From an uncultured Bacilli bacterium (lineage in GTDB: Bacteria; Bacillota_I; Bacilli_A; RF39; UBA660): a stretch of 64,000 nucleotides of DNA. Location of the stretch: contig CAKOPN010000001.1 of the NCBI GenBank assembly GCA_934100165.1, positions 180,389-244,388 on the forward strand, written 5' to 3'. A program made the position numbers and the translations under genes. This document shows, piece by piece, positions 29,444-40,116 of this stretch. The stretch's first letter is position 1; each line of letters opens with the position of its first letter. The notes under the pieces were generated by a model. The model was not told the origin of the DNA, ran no database searches, and saw only the letters and a program-made list of their open reading frames with translations.

Positions 29444-30673
29444 TTATTTTAATAAATCTCCTACAACCATTGTTAAAGCAATTTTTCCATACTCGTATGT
29501 AAGCGAACCTTGTTGATATGCAATATAAGGTTCTCTTATAGGTCCATCGCATGATAACTCAATTGAAGATCCTTGCGTAAACGTTCCAGCAGCCATTATA
29601 ACTTTATCTGTATATCCTGGTGTATCGCAAGGTTCAACTGTTACAAATGAATCAATTGGAGAAGCACTTTGTATTCCTCTACAATATTTAATTAGTTTGT
29701 CAGCATCGTGAAAAATAATGTTTTGAACGATATCACATCTTTTATCATTATATTTAGGTTCAACATCATACCCTAACATTTCCATTGCTTTGCTAGTTAG
29801 TATAGCAGTCTTAAGACTACTAGCAACAGCATGTGGAGCCATATAAAGTCCCTCTAAAATCATTCTATTTATTCCAAGTGTAGGGCCAACTTCTCTTCCC
29901 TCTCCAGGAAGTGTTAATCTTTCTCCTGCAAGGTCTACCAAATCTTTTCTACCGGCAATATAAGCACCATTTGGAGCAAGTCCTCCACCCAAGTTTTTAA
30001 TTAAAGAGCCTACTATTACATCAGCATCTACTGTAAGAGGTGTCTTATCTTCAGTTAACTCACAGTAGCAGTTATCTATCATAATGATAATATCTTTATC
30101 TATAGATTTAATAAACTTAATAACTTTTTCTAACTTTTCTATAACAAGACTTTTTCTAGTCGAATATCCTTTTGATCTTTGTATTTCTATTAGTTTAATT
30201 TTTTCTTTTGTAATTGCTTCTTTTATTTTATCGTAATCAAAGTCATCATCTATCAAGTCTATTTGTCTATATTCAACACCAAATGATTTAAGGCTACTTG
30301 GGTTATCTTTAATACCTATTACTTCGTCAAGTGTATCATATGGTTTTCCAGTAATACTAAGCATAATATCAGAAGGACGTAAATATGCAAAGAATGCTAC
30401 TGTTAAAGCATGTGAACCAGAAATAAATTGGTTTCTAACTAGAGCATCTTCTGCATCAAGTACTTTAGCAAATACTTTTTCTATTGCATCTCTTCCAATA
30501 TCGTTATAACCATATCCTGTCGTAGAGTTAAAATGTGCCTCGGAAACTCCTACTTCTCTAAAAGCATTGAGTACTTTTAAACTATTTCTTTCACATAAAG
30601 CATCTATTTTTAAAAGTTCTTCTTTAACTTCCTTCTCTGCTTCATTTACTATTTTTATTGCTTCTTCACTCAT
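29444..30673 (-). CDS. PLP-dependent methionine gamma-lyase family protein (aluminium-resistance, YnbB-like)
   Basis: Length and motifs are typical of the COG4100 family. Confidence 0.55.
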   Translation of the reverse strand: MSEEAIKIVNEAEKEVKEELLKIDALCERNSLKVLNAFREVGVSEAHFNSTTGYGYNDIGRDAIEKVFAKVLDAEDALVRNQFISGSHALTVAFFAYLRPSDIMLSITGKPYDTLDEVIGIKDNPSSLKSFGVEYRQIDLIDDDFDYDKIKEAITKEKIKLIEIQRSKGYSTRKSLVIEKLEKVIKFIKSIDKDIIIMIDNCYCELTEDKTPLTVDADVIVGSLIKNLGGGLAPNGAYIAGRKDLVDLAGERLTLPGEGREVGPTLGINRMILEGLYMAPHAVASSLKTAILTSKAMEMLGYDVEPKYNDKRCDIVQNIIFHDADKLIKYCRGIQSASPIDSFVTVEPCDTPGYTDKVIMAAGTFTQGSSIELSCDGPIREPYIAYQQGSLTYEYGKIALTMVVGDLLK

Positions 30674-31404
30674 TAGTAACTACCTCCATCTATTTTTATT
30701 ACTTCACTATTTATATAATTTGCTTTATCACTTGCTAAAAATAATACTAAGTTAGCAATATCTTCTTCTTCTGCAAATCTGTTAAGAAGTATTTTTTTAC
30801 TTTCTTCTTTTATTAGGTTTCCACCAAGATATTCGTCTTGTTCTATAACTTTTTTAGTTTTAATCCATCCTGGTGCAATTGCGTTCACATTTACATATGG
30901 TGCATATTGTTTAGCTAAGTTGTATGTAAGTGATATAAGAGCATTTTTACTAGCATCATATTCAAGTGTCACTGGGTCATACTTTCCAAGTGCGTTATTA
31001 CTTGATATGTTTATTATTTTTCCTTTTCTTCTTGCATACATTTCATTTCCTATTTTTCTAGTTAATAAAAATGTTCCAACAAGATTAACTTCAAGAGTAT
31101 ACATAAAGTCTTCTTTAGTCTTTATATCAAAGTCTTTGTTTATTTCAACTGCTGCGTTGTTAACTAGTACATCTATATATCCAAATTTTGTTATGATTTC
31201 TTCTTGAGCATTGTTTATATCTTCTTCACTAGCTAGATCACATTTTATTTTATACATTCCATCCATATCTGTTGGAATGGTATTATGATATGTAAATATA
31301 ACGTTATAGCCATTTTCTTTAAAAGCCTTGCAAAGTGTTTTACCAAGCCCACTTGCTCCTCCTGTAATAAGTACATTTTTCATTTTTCCACCACCACTTT
31401 TCAT
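30673..31404 (-). CDS. Short-chain dehydrogenase/reductase (SDR) family oxidoreductase
   Basis: TGGASGLGK Rossmann motif and a YxxxK catalytic motif. Confidence 0.8.
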   Translation of the reverse strand: MKSGGGKMKNVLITGGASGLGKTLCKAFKENGYNVIFTYHNTIPTDMDGMYKIKCDLASEEDINNAQEEIITKFGYIDVLVNNAAVEINKDFDIKTKEDFMYTLEVNLVGTFLLTRKIGNEMYARRKGKIINISSNNALGKYDPVTLEYDASKNALISLTYNLAKQYAPYVNVNAIAPGWIKTKKVIEQDEYLGGNLIKEESKKILLNRFAEEEDIANLVLFLASDKANYINSEVIKIDGGSY

Positions 31405-31427
31405 ATTTCATAAATATAATATCACAG

Positions 31428-31459
31428 AAAAAAACTAATAGAAAGTATTTCTCTATTAG
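31428..31459 (-). terminator. Intrinsic terminator after the serpin gene
   Basis: 8-bp stem ctaataga/tctattag followed by UUUUUUU. Confidence 0.5.
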
Positions 31460-31488
31460 TCTTATTATGAAATATTTATTTTAATGAG

Positions 31489-33249
31489 TTAATATCTTTG
31501 ATTCATATCTACAAATTCACTAGGTTCATAAACTGTACCAGTAAACCATACTTCTCCACTATCTTTATCTCTAATAATAAACATATATGGCTTATCAAAA
31601 GTTAAATCTATCTTTTCAACAGGAACTTCAAATAAATGATCATAGAAACCTCCATTTATATTTCCAGCTCCTCCTAACACAGTAGCGGCAGAAGCTTTTA
31701 TTCCTTCATTAGAAAATTCAATATTTGCTTTATGTCTAACTAATAAAATAAATTCACCTCTGGAAGAAACTATGCTAGATAAATCAGCTTTCGTCTGATC
31801 AAAAATATCTTCTACACCAAGTTTCTTTAAATCTTCTTTTAAATTAAGATTATATTCGAACTTAAATACAGGAATAGATGCATTTATTTCTATTACTTTG
31901 CCTTGATCAAAGCTTTCTGGTTTTATAGTTTTAAGTCCAGAAATAACATTGTTTAAAGTTTTTGCATCAACATTATTTATATACTCTTTTAGACTAACAT
32001 TTGTAGGCATTATACCAACATATTGTAGTGTTGTACCATCATAAGTCTTTAAATCTTTTGCAAAAGCTTTTACAGAGTCATCTGTATATACTAAGAAATC
32101 CGTTGATGATGAATACTTCCCGTAATTAGCATCAAGTTCGTCAATAAAATTATTAACAAACTTAGGAATATCAAGCTCATTCTCAGATTTTGCATATTCA
32201 TAGTTACGAGGATCTTCATTTAACCAGTTAGTATATTCTGTTTCTATCATTTTATAGATGTTATCTCTTCCTAGTTCTTTTACAATGTTATAGTTATTTA
32301 TTGTAGCACTTACATCTAAAACACCGGCATCATACTTATTATTAAATTTAACTTTTTCCATTGGTGTACCATCAGTTACAGAAACATAATTGTTATATTT
32401 TTCATGAGCAAAATAAAATTCCCAATAATAATCTCCTTTTGTACCATCTGGTTGAATTCTTTTAACCCATTCCATATCAATACCTAATGCATTAACAAGT
32501 GCAAAATCAAGATCTTTCAAATCAGCATCACTTACAACATTATCAATTAAGTTAAGAGTTTTATCCTTAACCCAAGCGTTAATTGTTTTAGCGTTTTCAA
32601 AAGAATCATATACTACATCAGCATCGTATTTCCCTTTTAACTTGTTAACATAACCAGCTTGTACCTCATCTTTGAAATCATTTCTTATAAACATAGCATT
32701 AGCAAGTGATATATTCTTACTGTTTACATATTTTTTTGATATATAATCGCCAACGATTGCATTGATTTGACCATATGAATCACCAGAAGCACCTTCTTTA
32801 AGCATTTGTAATGCATATTTAATTGAAAGTGGGCTGTATACTTTATTTATCTCTTCATTTTCAAGTTTTAAAAATTGAAGATCGAAATTTTCAAGCGAAT
32901 TACCACTCATTTTATACGGTGAAGTATATTTTTCATTTTCACTAACAATAGGATCTTTTTTTGGCTCCTTTTTATTAAGATTATTTAGGAAAAACACTTC
33001 TCCCACTATGCATGCAGCTGATATTATGACAAAGCAAATCCAAAATGTTATTTTCTTTTTGTTTCCCTCTTTTTTTGTCATATCTTTTTTCTCATTATCA
33101 TCTTGTTCTTTTACTATAACTTCTTCTTTATTATTATTTTGCACATCTAAAACCGTTTTTTCTGCATTATTTTCTTGTTCTTTTGCTATAGCATTTTCTG
33201 CATTATTTTCTTGTTCTTTCACAGTATCTTTTTTCTCACTATCTTCCAT
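31489..33249 (-). CDS. Serpin-family protease inhibitor with an N-terminal repeat region and a transmembrane anchor
   Basis: Serpin motifs YSPLSIKYALQMLKEGASGDS, a reactive-centre-loop-like GIKASAATVLGGAG, and the C-terminal signature FDKPYMFIIRD...WFTGTV. The N-terminus carries KEQENNAE repeats and a transmembrane helix. Confidence 0.7.
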   Translation of the reverse strand: MEDSEKKDTVKEQENNAENAIAKEQENNAEKTVLDVQNNNKEEVIVKEQDDNEKKDMTKKEGNKKKITFWICFVIISAACIVGEVFFLNNLNKKEPKKDPIVSENEKYTSPYKMSGNSLENFDLQFLKLENEEINKVYSPLSIKYALQMLKEGASGDSYGQINAIVGDYISKKYVNSKNISLANAMFIRNDFKDEVQAGYVNKLKGKYDADVVYDSFENAKTINAWVKDKTLNLIDNVVSDADLKDLDFALVNALGIDMEWVKRIQPDGTKGDYYWEFYFAHEKYNNYVSVTDGTPMEKVKFNNKYDAGVLDVSATINNYNIVKELGRDNIYKMIETEYTNWLNEDPRNYEYAKSENELDIPKFVNNFIDELDANYGKYSSSTDFLVYTDDSVKAFAKDLKTYDGTTLQYVGIMPTNVSLKEYINNVDAKTLNNVISGLKTIKPESFDQGKVIEINASIPVFKFEYNLNLKEDLKKLGVEDIFDQTKADLSSIVSSRGEFILLVRHKANIEFSNEGIKASAATVLGGAGNINGGFYDHLFEVPVEKIDLTFDKPYMFIIRDKDSGEVWFTGTVYEPSEFVDMNQRY

Positions 33250-33349
33250 ACTCTCTCTACCTTTCTACCTATATTAAAGCATACTTTTTTTTCGTAATCA
33301 ATTTAAAAAGAAAAAAGAAAAAAAAGAGGTGTAAAGAAAGTGAAAACTA

Positions 33350-33613
33350 CTACTTATTTGTATTTAAGTAGTAGTTTCTCTCGGAAATATTTTCTGACAC
33401 AACTTCAAGTTCTTCATCATCTGTATAATTTAATATTTCATCAATATCATAAAGAAGCTCTGAAACACTAGTATATTTTTCATAGTCGATTTCATTTCTC
33501 TTTAAAACATCAATTTCTTTATTAGTAAGGACTATACCTTTTTGATTATATCCAATGAAATTTTCTTCAAAGTTAATTTCATCAGTTAATTTTTCAATAT
33601 CATATTCTTCCAT
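33350..33613 (-). CDS. Hypothetical small acidic protein
   Basis: ORF with a ribosome-binding site. No family assignment. Confidence 0.35.
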   Translation of the reverse strand: MEEYDIEKLTDEINFEENFIGYNQKGIVLTNKEIDVLKRNEIDYEKYTSVSELLYDIDEILNYTDDEELEVVSENISERNYYLNTNK

Positions 33614-33619
33614 AAACTA

Positions 33620-33644
33620 AACAAAAAAAGCATATTACTATGCT
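33620..33644 (-). terminator. Intrinsic terminator after efp
   Basis: agcata-gtaa-tatgct hairpin overlapping the stop, followed by UUUUUUU. Confidence 0.45.
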
Positions 33645-34195
33645 CTTGATACATACTTTCCATCTGCTGAAGATACAAGGATTTTTTCTCCTTCATTTAT
33701 GAACATTGGAACTTTTACTACCATTCCATTTTCAAGTTCTGCATCTTTCATAGCAGTTGAAGTTGTATTTCCTTTTACTCCAGGTTCTGATTTTGTAATT
33801 GTATATTCAATCTTATCTGGTAAAATCATTCCTAATACTTCACCTTCATAGAATGAAATAATTACTTCCAAGTTTTCTTTTAGGAATTTATAATCTTCTC
33901 CTAATTGTTGTTTCTTAAGTTCAACTTGGTCATATGTTTGCATATTCATAAAGCAATATTCATCACCTTGTGAATATAAAAATTGCATTGTTTGTTTTTC
34001 AATACGTGCTGTTTCTAGTTTAACATTTGTATTGTATGTTGTTTCAACTGTAGCACCTGTTCTTAAATTTTTAAGTTTAGTACGAACAAAGGCAGATCCT
34101 TTTCCTGGTTTTACATGTTGGAATTCTACAACTTGATATAAGTTATTATCAATTTTAATTGTTAATCCATTTTTGATATCGTTTACGTTTATCAT
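33638..34195 (-). CDS. efp: Elongation factor P
   Basis: KPGKGSAFVRTKLKNLRTG motif. The start is refined to the ATG (MINVNDIK) with a GAGGTGA ribosome-binding site. Confidence 0.9.
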   Translation of the reverse strand: MINVNDIKNGLTIKIDNNLYQVVEFQHVKPGKGSAFVRTKLKNLRTGATVETTYNTNVKLETARIEKQTMQFLYSQGDEYCFMNMQTYDQVELKKQQLGEDYKFLKENLEVIISFYEGEVLGMILPDKIEYTITKSEPGVKGNTTSTAMKDAELENGMVVKVPMFINEGEKILVSSADGKYVSRA

Positions 34196-34215
34196 TTGAT
34201 TCACCTCTATCTATA

Positions 34216-34380
34216 CTATTTTTTCTCTTTATGAGTTGTATGTTTTTGACATCTCTTGCAATATTTATTAAGCTCTAAACGGTCAGTTGTATTTTTTACA
34301 TTCTTTTGAGTTGTGTAATTTTCTTCTTTGCAACTTTGACATACAAGAGTTTTACCTTGTCTATTTCCTACTTTAGCCAC
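34216..34380 (-). CDS. rpmG: 50S ribosomal protein L33 (bL33)
   Basis: The sequence (V)[53 protein letters not shown] has the four-Cys zinc-ribbon L33 pattern. A GGAGGG ribosome-binding site is present. It is missing from the ORF track. Confidence 0.7.
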   Translation of the reverse strand: MAKVGNRQGKTLVCQSCKEENYTTQKNVKNTTDRLELNKYCKRCQKHTTHKEKK

Positions 34381-34408
34381 ATCGATCCCTCCTTGGTTCC
34401 TATTGGTA

Positions 34409-34435
34409 TTATATCAAAAAATTTATATTTTGCAA
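34409..34435 (-). promoter_or_regulatory. Sigma-A-type promoter for rpmG-efp
   Basis: Minus-strand TTGCAA-N16-TATAAT. Confidence 0.5.
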
Positions 34436-34491
34436 GATTTTTCTTGAAAACTAAAGATTTTGAAACATATATACCTAGAAATTATATCACA

Positions 34492-36564
34492 TTATCCATA
34501 CATTTCAAAGAATTTATTTGTAACTAATCTAGTTATTCTAATATTTGCATAACTTCTTGTATCATCTTCGTTTGAACTTACTATATTAGGATATGTAAGC
34601 GCAATAGACATTTTAGGATTATTCAAAGGGTAAAAGCCGACAAAAGCATTGCTAATTGTAGGAGTATCGATAACACCATCACCGTCTGTATCTAAGAAAG
34701 ATTCACTAGTTCCCGTTTTTCCTGCTGCACCCTCTACTCCTCTCATATAGTTTTTCCCAAGACCTGTTGTTACAACTTCTCTAAATCCAAGTCTTACTCT
34801 ATCCATATACTCTTTTTTTATATCTAATGTATTAAGTACTATCGGTTCAGTTTTATATATAAGATTTTCAAATGGTGTATCACTATTACTTGCATAAACT
34901 TCTTTTAATAAATGAGGTTTATATCTTACCCCACTTGTTGCAATTGTTGAAATATATTCGGAAAGCTGCATAGTAGTATATGTATCATACTGACCAATTA
35001 CATAATTTAAAAGTAAATCAGGATCTTTCGATAAACCAATATTACCTACTCCATCAACAGGTAAATCTATTTCCGTTTTAACACCAAGACCTAAATCATT
35101 AAAGACTTTTCTATATTTAGAAAAAGTATTTTCTATAGATGTATCAAATTTGGCATTATAATGATAGTTAAACCCAGCAAGTTTCATAGCAGTTTTAAAC
35201 TGATAAACATTGGAAGACAAACTAAGTGCTGTAATATCATCAATTTTCCCCAAAGATTTCCAAGAACATTTTTTAGGTTTAGAATATATCTTAATACATT
35301 CATCTTTCATAACTTCACCTATTTCTATGGCACCCTCTTTAAAACCTGTGAGCATAGAAGCACCTTTAACTACACTACCAGGAGTAAATGGATTAGTTAA
35401 AGTACCAACAGTTACATCACGGAAATCATATTCATCACCATTTTTAAATATTTCAAGACCTGTCATCGCTAATATCTCACCAGTTGAAGGTTCTTTTATA
35501 ACGGCATAAACAGAGTTAAATCTTGATGTTCCAGGATCTTTTTTAGCCTTTATTAGTTCAGATTTAATTATCTTGTCAATTTCCTGTTGTAGTTCTATAT
35601 CTATAGTAAGCACTATATCATTTCCTCTTTGCCCTTTAGTAAGAGTAACTATTTCCCCATCTTCGATTTTATATGTACTTTTTACACCTTTTAAATATTC
35701 TTCATACTGTTTCTCTATATAACTTACTCCAACCTCATCATTTAAAGAATAACCAAGATTCAAATAATAATCCTTATCCTCTTTAGAAATTGATGATACA
35801 TTGCCAAGAATACTTCTAAATGTATCTCCATAAGGATATACTCTTTCAAAATCATATTTAATATAAAAGCCATTAAGGCTATTCAAAGCTTCAGAAATAT
35901 TAGCAAGTTCACTATCACTGATATCGCCCTTTTTAATAAGTTTTTCTTCATAAAAATAACCATTATTCATTAAATAATAAATATATATCACTTTCTTATC
36001 ATCATCTGTATATTTATCAAGTTCATCTTTAGTAATTCTACTTAATTTAAGTCTATAAATATCATCTGAACTAAGTTTTCTATTTTCATACTTTTCCCAT
36101 TCTTCATCAGTAATTAACTTCATAGCATCCCTACTATTAGTAACAAGATAATAATCTTTCATCATTCTCTCATTTACTTTGGATATATCTAGACTAACAA
36201 GAAGAGAAATATCCTTTGCTAGTTTAACTTCTTCACTTTCTGTTATTTTGTTTGGCTTAAAGTAATAAAGAGCCGCAACTTTTTTATTGTCTACTAAAAG
36301 TTTATGATTCCTATCATATATTCTACCCCTAGGAGCAGTCTTACTTTCATAAACATTACTAGTCATTTTAGAAAGTTTAACACTATAATAATCATGCTCA
36401 AAAATAATAATTCTAAAAGTAAAAATTAAAATTATTAAAAAAGAAAAACACACAATAAAAGAAAGAATACTTATACGTTTATTTATAGTTTTCTTTATTC
36501 CTACTGTCTTATTTACTTTATTCATTTTTCTATCCATATTTATCACATTATTATTTTGTATCAT
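34492..36564 (-). CDS. Penicillin-binding protein 2 class B transpeptidase
   Basis: N-terminal transmembrane helix, a dimerisation domain, and a transpeptidase domain with an SVVK (SxxK) motif. Confidence 0.8.
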   Translation of the reverse strand: MIQNNNVINMDRKMNKVNKTVGIKKTINKRISILSFIVCFSFLIILIFTFRIIIFEHDYYSVKLSKMTSNVYESKTAPRGRIYDRNHKLLVDNKKVAALYYFKPNKITESEEVKLAKDISLLVSLDISKVNERMMKDYYLVTNSRDAMKLITDEEWEKYENRKLSSDDIYRLKLSRITKDELDKYTDDDKKVIYIYYLMNNGYFYEEKLIKKGDISDSELANISEALNSLNGFYIKYDFERVYPYGDTFRSILGNVSSISKEDKDYYLNLGYSLNDEVGVSYIEKQYEEYLKGVKSTYKIEDGEIVTLTKGQRGNDIVLTIDIELQQEIDKIIKSELIKAKKDPGTSRFNSVYAVIKEPSTGEILAMTGLEIFKNGDEYDFRDVTVGTLTNPFTPGSVVKGASMLTGFKEGAIEIGEVMKDECIKIYSKPKKCSWKSLGKIDDITALSLSSNVYQFKTAMKLAGFNYHYNAKFDTSIENTFSKYRKVFNDLGLGVKTEIDLPVDGVGNIGLSKDPDLLLNYVIGQYDTYTTMQLSEYISTIATSGVRYKPHLLKEVYASNSDTPFENLIYKTEPIVLNTLDIKKEYMDRVRLGFREVVTTGLGKNYMRGVEGAAGKTGTSESFLDTDGDGVIDTPTISNAFVGFYPLNNPKMSIALTYPNIVSSNEDDTRSYANIRITRLVTNKFFEMYG

Positions 36565-36604
36565 AATATAAAAATTATTTAATATATTTAACTAGGGTGA
36601 GAAA

Positions 36605-36850
36605 ATGGAATATATAATTAAAGAGTTTGTGGATAAATTAAAAGAAGAAGATATTAAAAGCTTTGCACTTAAAGAACGTGTAACTATTACAGATGAAGAA
36701 GTTAAAACCATTTATATGTACATAAAAAATTATTGGCAAATATTTTACAAAGATAATCCTGATGCACTTTTTAAAGAGTTAAAAGAAAAATTAAGTAGTG
36801 GCGTTTATAACAAAATAATTGAACTTTATAGTAAATATAAAAAGAAATAG
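36605..36850 (+). CDS. Hypothetical small cytoplasmic protein
   Basis: 81-aa ORF on the plus strand with an AGGGTGAG ribosome-binding site. Confidence 0.4.
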   Translation: MEYIIKEFVDKLKEEDIKSFALKERVTITDEEVKTIYMYIKNYWQIFYKDNPDALFKELKEKLSSGVYNKIIELYSKYKKK

Positions 36851-36852
36851 AG

Positions 36853-37767
36853 CTATTCTATTTCTTTTAATTTGCTATTAAATTTTTTGCTTTTTATCAT
36901 TTCAATTTCTTCTTTATATAAAGGTCTATCTTCATACCAAGGAGTCTCTAAAATTTTAGGTATATTATCTAGTCTTTTATTATAAATAATGTTTATTAAA
37001 TTATCAAAGCCAAGCATTCCGTAACCGATATTCTCATGTCTATCTTTTCTAGCTCCTCTAACATTCTTACTATCGTTAACATGAACACAATGTAAATAAG
37101 AAAGTCCTATCTTTTTATCTAATTCATCTAAGATTTTATCAAAATCTGTAATGTCATAACCACTATCACTCAAATGACATGTATCAAGGCATACTCCTAT
37201 CTTAGATTTATCAGTAACACCATCGATAATCTCTTTTATCTCATCTAAGTTTGATCCTACTTCACTACCTTTTCCAGCCATTGTTTCAAGAAGTATTATA
37301 ACACTATCATTTGATTCATTAACTTTGTTCAAAGCAAAAATAATATTTTGGATTCCTTTTTCTATACCAAGGCCAACATGGCTTCCTGGATGAAGTACTA
37401 GATACTTAATTCCAAATTCCTCGCATCTTTTAACTTCTTGTATTAAAAAGTTTATAGAAAAGTTATATTTTGCATCATCATTATCATTAGCAAGATTTAT
37501 TATGTAAGGAGCATGTACTATAATATCCTCTATTTTTATATTATGTTCTTTCATAACTTTCTTAGCTTTTTCCGTTATCTCGCTAGATATTTTACTACGA
37601 ATAGTATTTTGAGGTGCTCCTGTATAAAACATAAATGTTGTAGAACCATAGCTAAGTGCCTCATTTAAACTTTCCAACAATTGACCCTTTGAATTAAATT
37701 TTACATGACTACCAATAAGCATATTATCACCCAAATAAATTTTAATATAAATAGTAAAAATGTACAA
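36853..37767 (-). CDS. nfo: Deoxyribonuclease IV (endonuclease IV, AP endonuclease family 2)
   Basis: TIM-barrel metal ligands HAPYIINLA and LVLHPGS. Confidence 0.8.
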   Translation of the reverse strand: MYIFTIYIKIYLGDNMLIGSHVKFNSKGQLLESLNEALSYGSTTFMFYTGAPQNTIRSKISSEITEKAKKVMKEHNIKIEDIIVHAPYIINLANDNDDAKYNFSINFLIQEVKRCEEFGIKYLVLHPGSHVGLGIEKGIQNIIFALNKVNESNDSVIILLETMAGKGSEVGSNLDEIKEIIDGVTDKSKIGVCLDTCHLSDSGYDITDFDKILDELDKKIGLSYLHCVHVNDSKNVRGARKDRHENIGYGMLGFDNLINIIYNKRLDNIPKILETPWYEDRPLYKEEIEMIKSKKFNSKLKEIE

Positions 37768-37787
37768 GAAAAAAAAGCTAGTGCTCT

Positions 37788-38444
37788 TTATAATACGTAA
37801 AGTAATATTGAGAAGAAATGTAAAATTGATCCTGCAAGTACAAAGATATGGAATATTGAATGCATGTATTTAATTTTTTTACCAATTCCATAAAATATTG
37901 CACCCACAGTATAAATGATTCCTCCTGCTATTAAAAGCCATATGCCAGGCATAGCTATTGCTTCTGTAAGTGGTTTAAATGCAAATATTATAACCCATCC
38001 CATTGCAAGATAACATATCATCGAAAATACCTTAAACTTATTTAAATCAACTGAATTAAGTACTACTCCTAAAATAGCAGCAGCCCAAACAATTCCAAAT
38101 AGTGTCCACCCTAGGGCTCCACCTAAAGCAACTAACGTATACGGCGTATATGTTCCTGCAATAAGAAGAAAAATACTGCAGTGATCAATTATTCTAAATA
38201 CTCTTTTTGCATTATTAACTTTAAGTGCATGATACATAGTAGACATCATATAAAGGATAATTAAAGTACTACCATAAATACAGCTACTAACAACTGCTAT
38301 TGCACTATTATGCATAGCACTAAAAATAACACAAAGAACAAGTCCAGCAATAGATAAAAGAGCACCTATTCCATGACTAATAGCACTAACAAGTTCTTCT
38401 GCAAGAGTATACTTTGGTATTTCTATTTTTTCTTTTAATGTCAT
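37788..38444 (-). CDS. Hemolysin III family (PAQR) membrane protein
   Basis: Seven transmembrane segments with conserved His residues. Confidence 0.7.
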   Translation of the reverse strand: MTLKEKIEIPKYTLAEELVSAISHGIGALLSIAGLVLCVIFSAMHNSAIAVVSSCIYGSTLIILYMMSTMYHALKVNNAKRVFRIIDHCSIFLLIAGTYTPYTLVALGGALGWTLFGIVWAAAILGVVLNSVDLNKFKVFSMICYLAMGWVIIFAFKPLTEAIAMPGIWLLIAGGIIYTVGAIFYGIGKKIKYMHSIFHIFVLAGSILHFFSILLYVL

Positions 38445-38489
38445 TCTTTCACCTCATAAACATTCTATTACTTTTTAATGCTTTCGTAA

Positions 38490-38517
38490 ACAAAAAAGAA
38501 GACTTTTACATCTTCTT
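38490..38517 (-). terminator. Intrinsic terminator after lysS
   Basis: aagaag-N10-cttctt hairpin followed by a U-run. Confidence 0.4.
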
Positions 38518-38520
38518 ACA

Positions 38521-39999
38521 TTATTTCAATTTCATTGTTGGGAAAAGTATTACTTCTCTTATTGTTTCAGAATTTGTAAGTAACATTACAAGTCTATCAA
38601 TTCCCATACCCATACCACCAGTTGGAGGCATTCCATATTCAAGAGCTTCTACATAGTCAATGTCCATTTCGTTAGCTTCTTCATTACCAAGTTCTCTTTC
38701 CTTTAATTGGTTTTCGAATCTTTCGTACTGATCAATTGGATCATTTAACTCTGTATATGCATTAGCATATTCTCCTCCTGCTATAAATAATTCGAATCTG
38801 TAAGTAAATCTTTCATCTTCAGCCTCTTTTTTAGCAAGTGGCGTAATCTCTATTGGATATTCGTAAACAAATGTTGGTTCGATAAGTGTTTCTTCAACAT
38901 ATTTTTCAAAGAATGCATTAACGATGTGTCCATATCCAAAGTGTGCTTCTACTTCAACACCATGTTCTTCTGCTATTTTCTTAGCTTCTTCAAATGTTGT
39001 AACTTTCTTAAAGTCAATACCTGTTTCCTTCTTTATAGCATCGCACATTGATATTTTCTTAAACCCTGGTTTAAGTGATATTTTTTGTCCTCTAAACTCT
39101 ATATCATATGTACCATTTAATTCCATACAAGCATTGCAGATAATTCCTTCTGTTAATTCCATCATCCCTTGTAAATCACTATATGCTTTATATACTTCTA
39201 TTGTAGTGAATTCTGGATTATGGTTTTTATCCATTCCTTCATTTCTGAATAATCTGCCTATTTCATAAACGGCATCCATTCCTCCTACGATAAGTCTTTT
39301 AAGTGATAACTCAGTAGCTATTCTTAAATACATATCTATATCAAGTGTATTATGATGTGTAACAAATGGTCTTGCACTAGCTCCTCCCAAAATAGTTCCT
39401 AAAACAGGAGTTTCTACTTCAGTATATCCAAGATTATCAAGATATCTTTGAATTGATCTAATAATCTTTGGTCTTGCGAATGCTACACGACGTGCATCTT
39501 CATTAACTATTAAATCAACATAACGTCTTCTAAATCTTTCTTCTACATCTACTAGTCCATGGAATTTATCTGGTAATGGTCTTAGTGCTTTTACTAAATG
39601 AGTAAACTCTGTTGCTCTAATACTAAGTTCTCCCATGTGAGTTCTCATAACTGTACCTTTAATACCAACGATATCACCAAGGTCTGATTTATCAAAAACT
39701 GAATAAGCATCTTCTCCAACATTATCAAGTTTTACATATATTTGAATTTGACCATACTTATCTTGTAAGTTCATGAAACCTGCTTTACCTTTACCACGTT
39801 TAGTCATTATTCTTCCAGCAATACTAACTTCTTTTTTAATTTCATCTAACTCTTCTGTAGTTTTATCTTTAAATTCTTCTTTTAAATCCCTACTGTTAGC
39901 AGTAATTTCATATTTAGAACCAAAAGGATCAATACCTTTTTCTTTTAGAAAATCAAGTTTTTCTCTCCTTATTGTTTCTTGTTCTGTAAACTCTCTCAT
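38521..39999 (-). CDS. lysS: Lysyl-tRNA synthetase (class II)
   Basis: OB-fold N-terminus, class II motifs, and the C-terminal [12 protein letters not shown]. Confidence 0.95.
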   Translation of the reverse strand: MREFTEQETIRREKLDFLKEKGIDPFGSKYEITANSRDLKEEFKDKTTEELDEIKKEVSIAGRIMTKRGKGKAGFMNLQDKYGQIQIYVKLDNVGEDAYSVFDKSDLGDIVGIKGTVMRTHMGELSIRATEFTHLVKALRPLPDKFHGLVDVEERFRRRYVDLIVNEDARRVAFARPKIIRSIQRYLDNLGYTEVETPVLGTILGGASARPFVTHHNTLDIDMYLRIATELSLKRLIVGGMDAVYEIGRLFRNEGMDKNHNPEFTTIEVYKAYSDLQGMMELTEGIICNACMELNGTYDIEFRGQKISLKPGFKKISMCDAIKKETGIDFKKVTTFEEAKKIAEEHGVEVEAHFGYGHIVNAFFEKYVEETLIEPTFVYEYPIEITPLAKKEAEDERFTYRFELFIAGGEYANAYTELNDPIDQYERFENQLKERELGNEEANEMDIDYVEALEYGMPPTGGMGMGIDRLVMLLTNSETIREVILFPTMKLK

Positions 40000-40072
40000 A
40001 CTAAAACCTACTTTCTTTTCAATGCACTTATTATATAGTAATATTCGAATAAAGTAAATATTTTTTCAAAAG

Positions 40073-40095
40073 AAAAAGGTAGCTTAGCTACCTTA
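40073..40095 (-). terminator. Intrinsic terminator after the pilin gene 40117..40785
   Basis: Perfect palindrome aaggtagct-t/a-agctacctt followed by a U-run. Confidence 0.6.
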
Positions 40096-40116
40096 CTTAA
40101 TTGAATTACAATTTAA

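Noticed and set aside
34306-34527. 73-aa plus-strand ORF upstream of efp
   Set aside because: It overlaps rpmG (bL33) on the opposite strand, and the rpmG assignment is much better supported.
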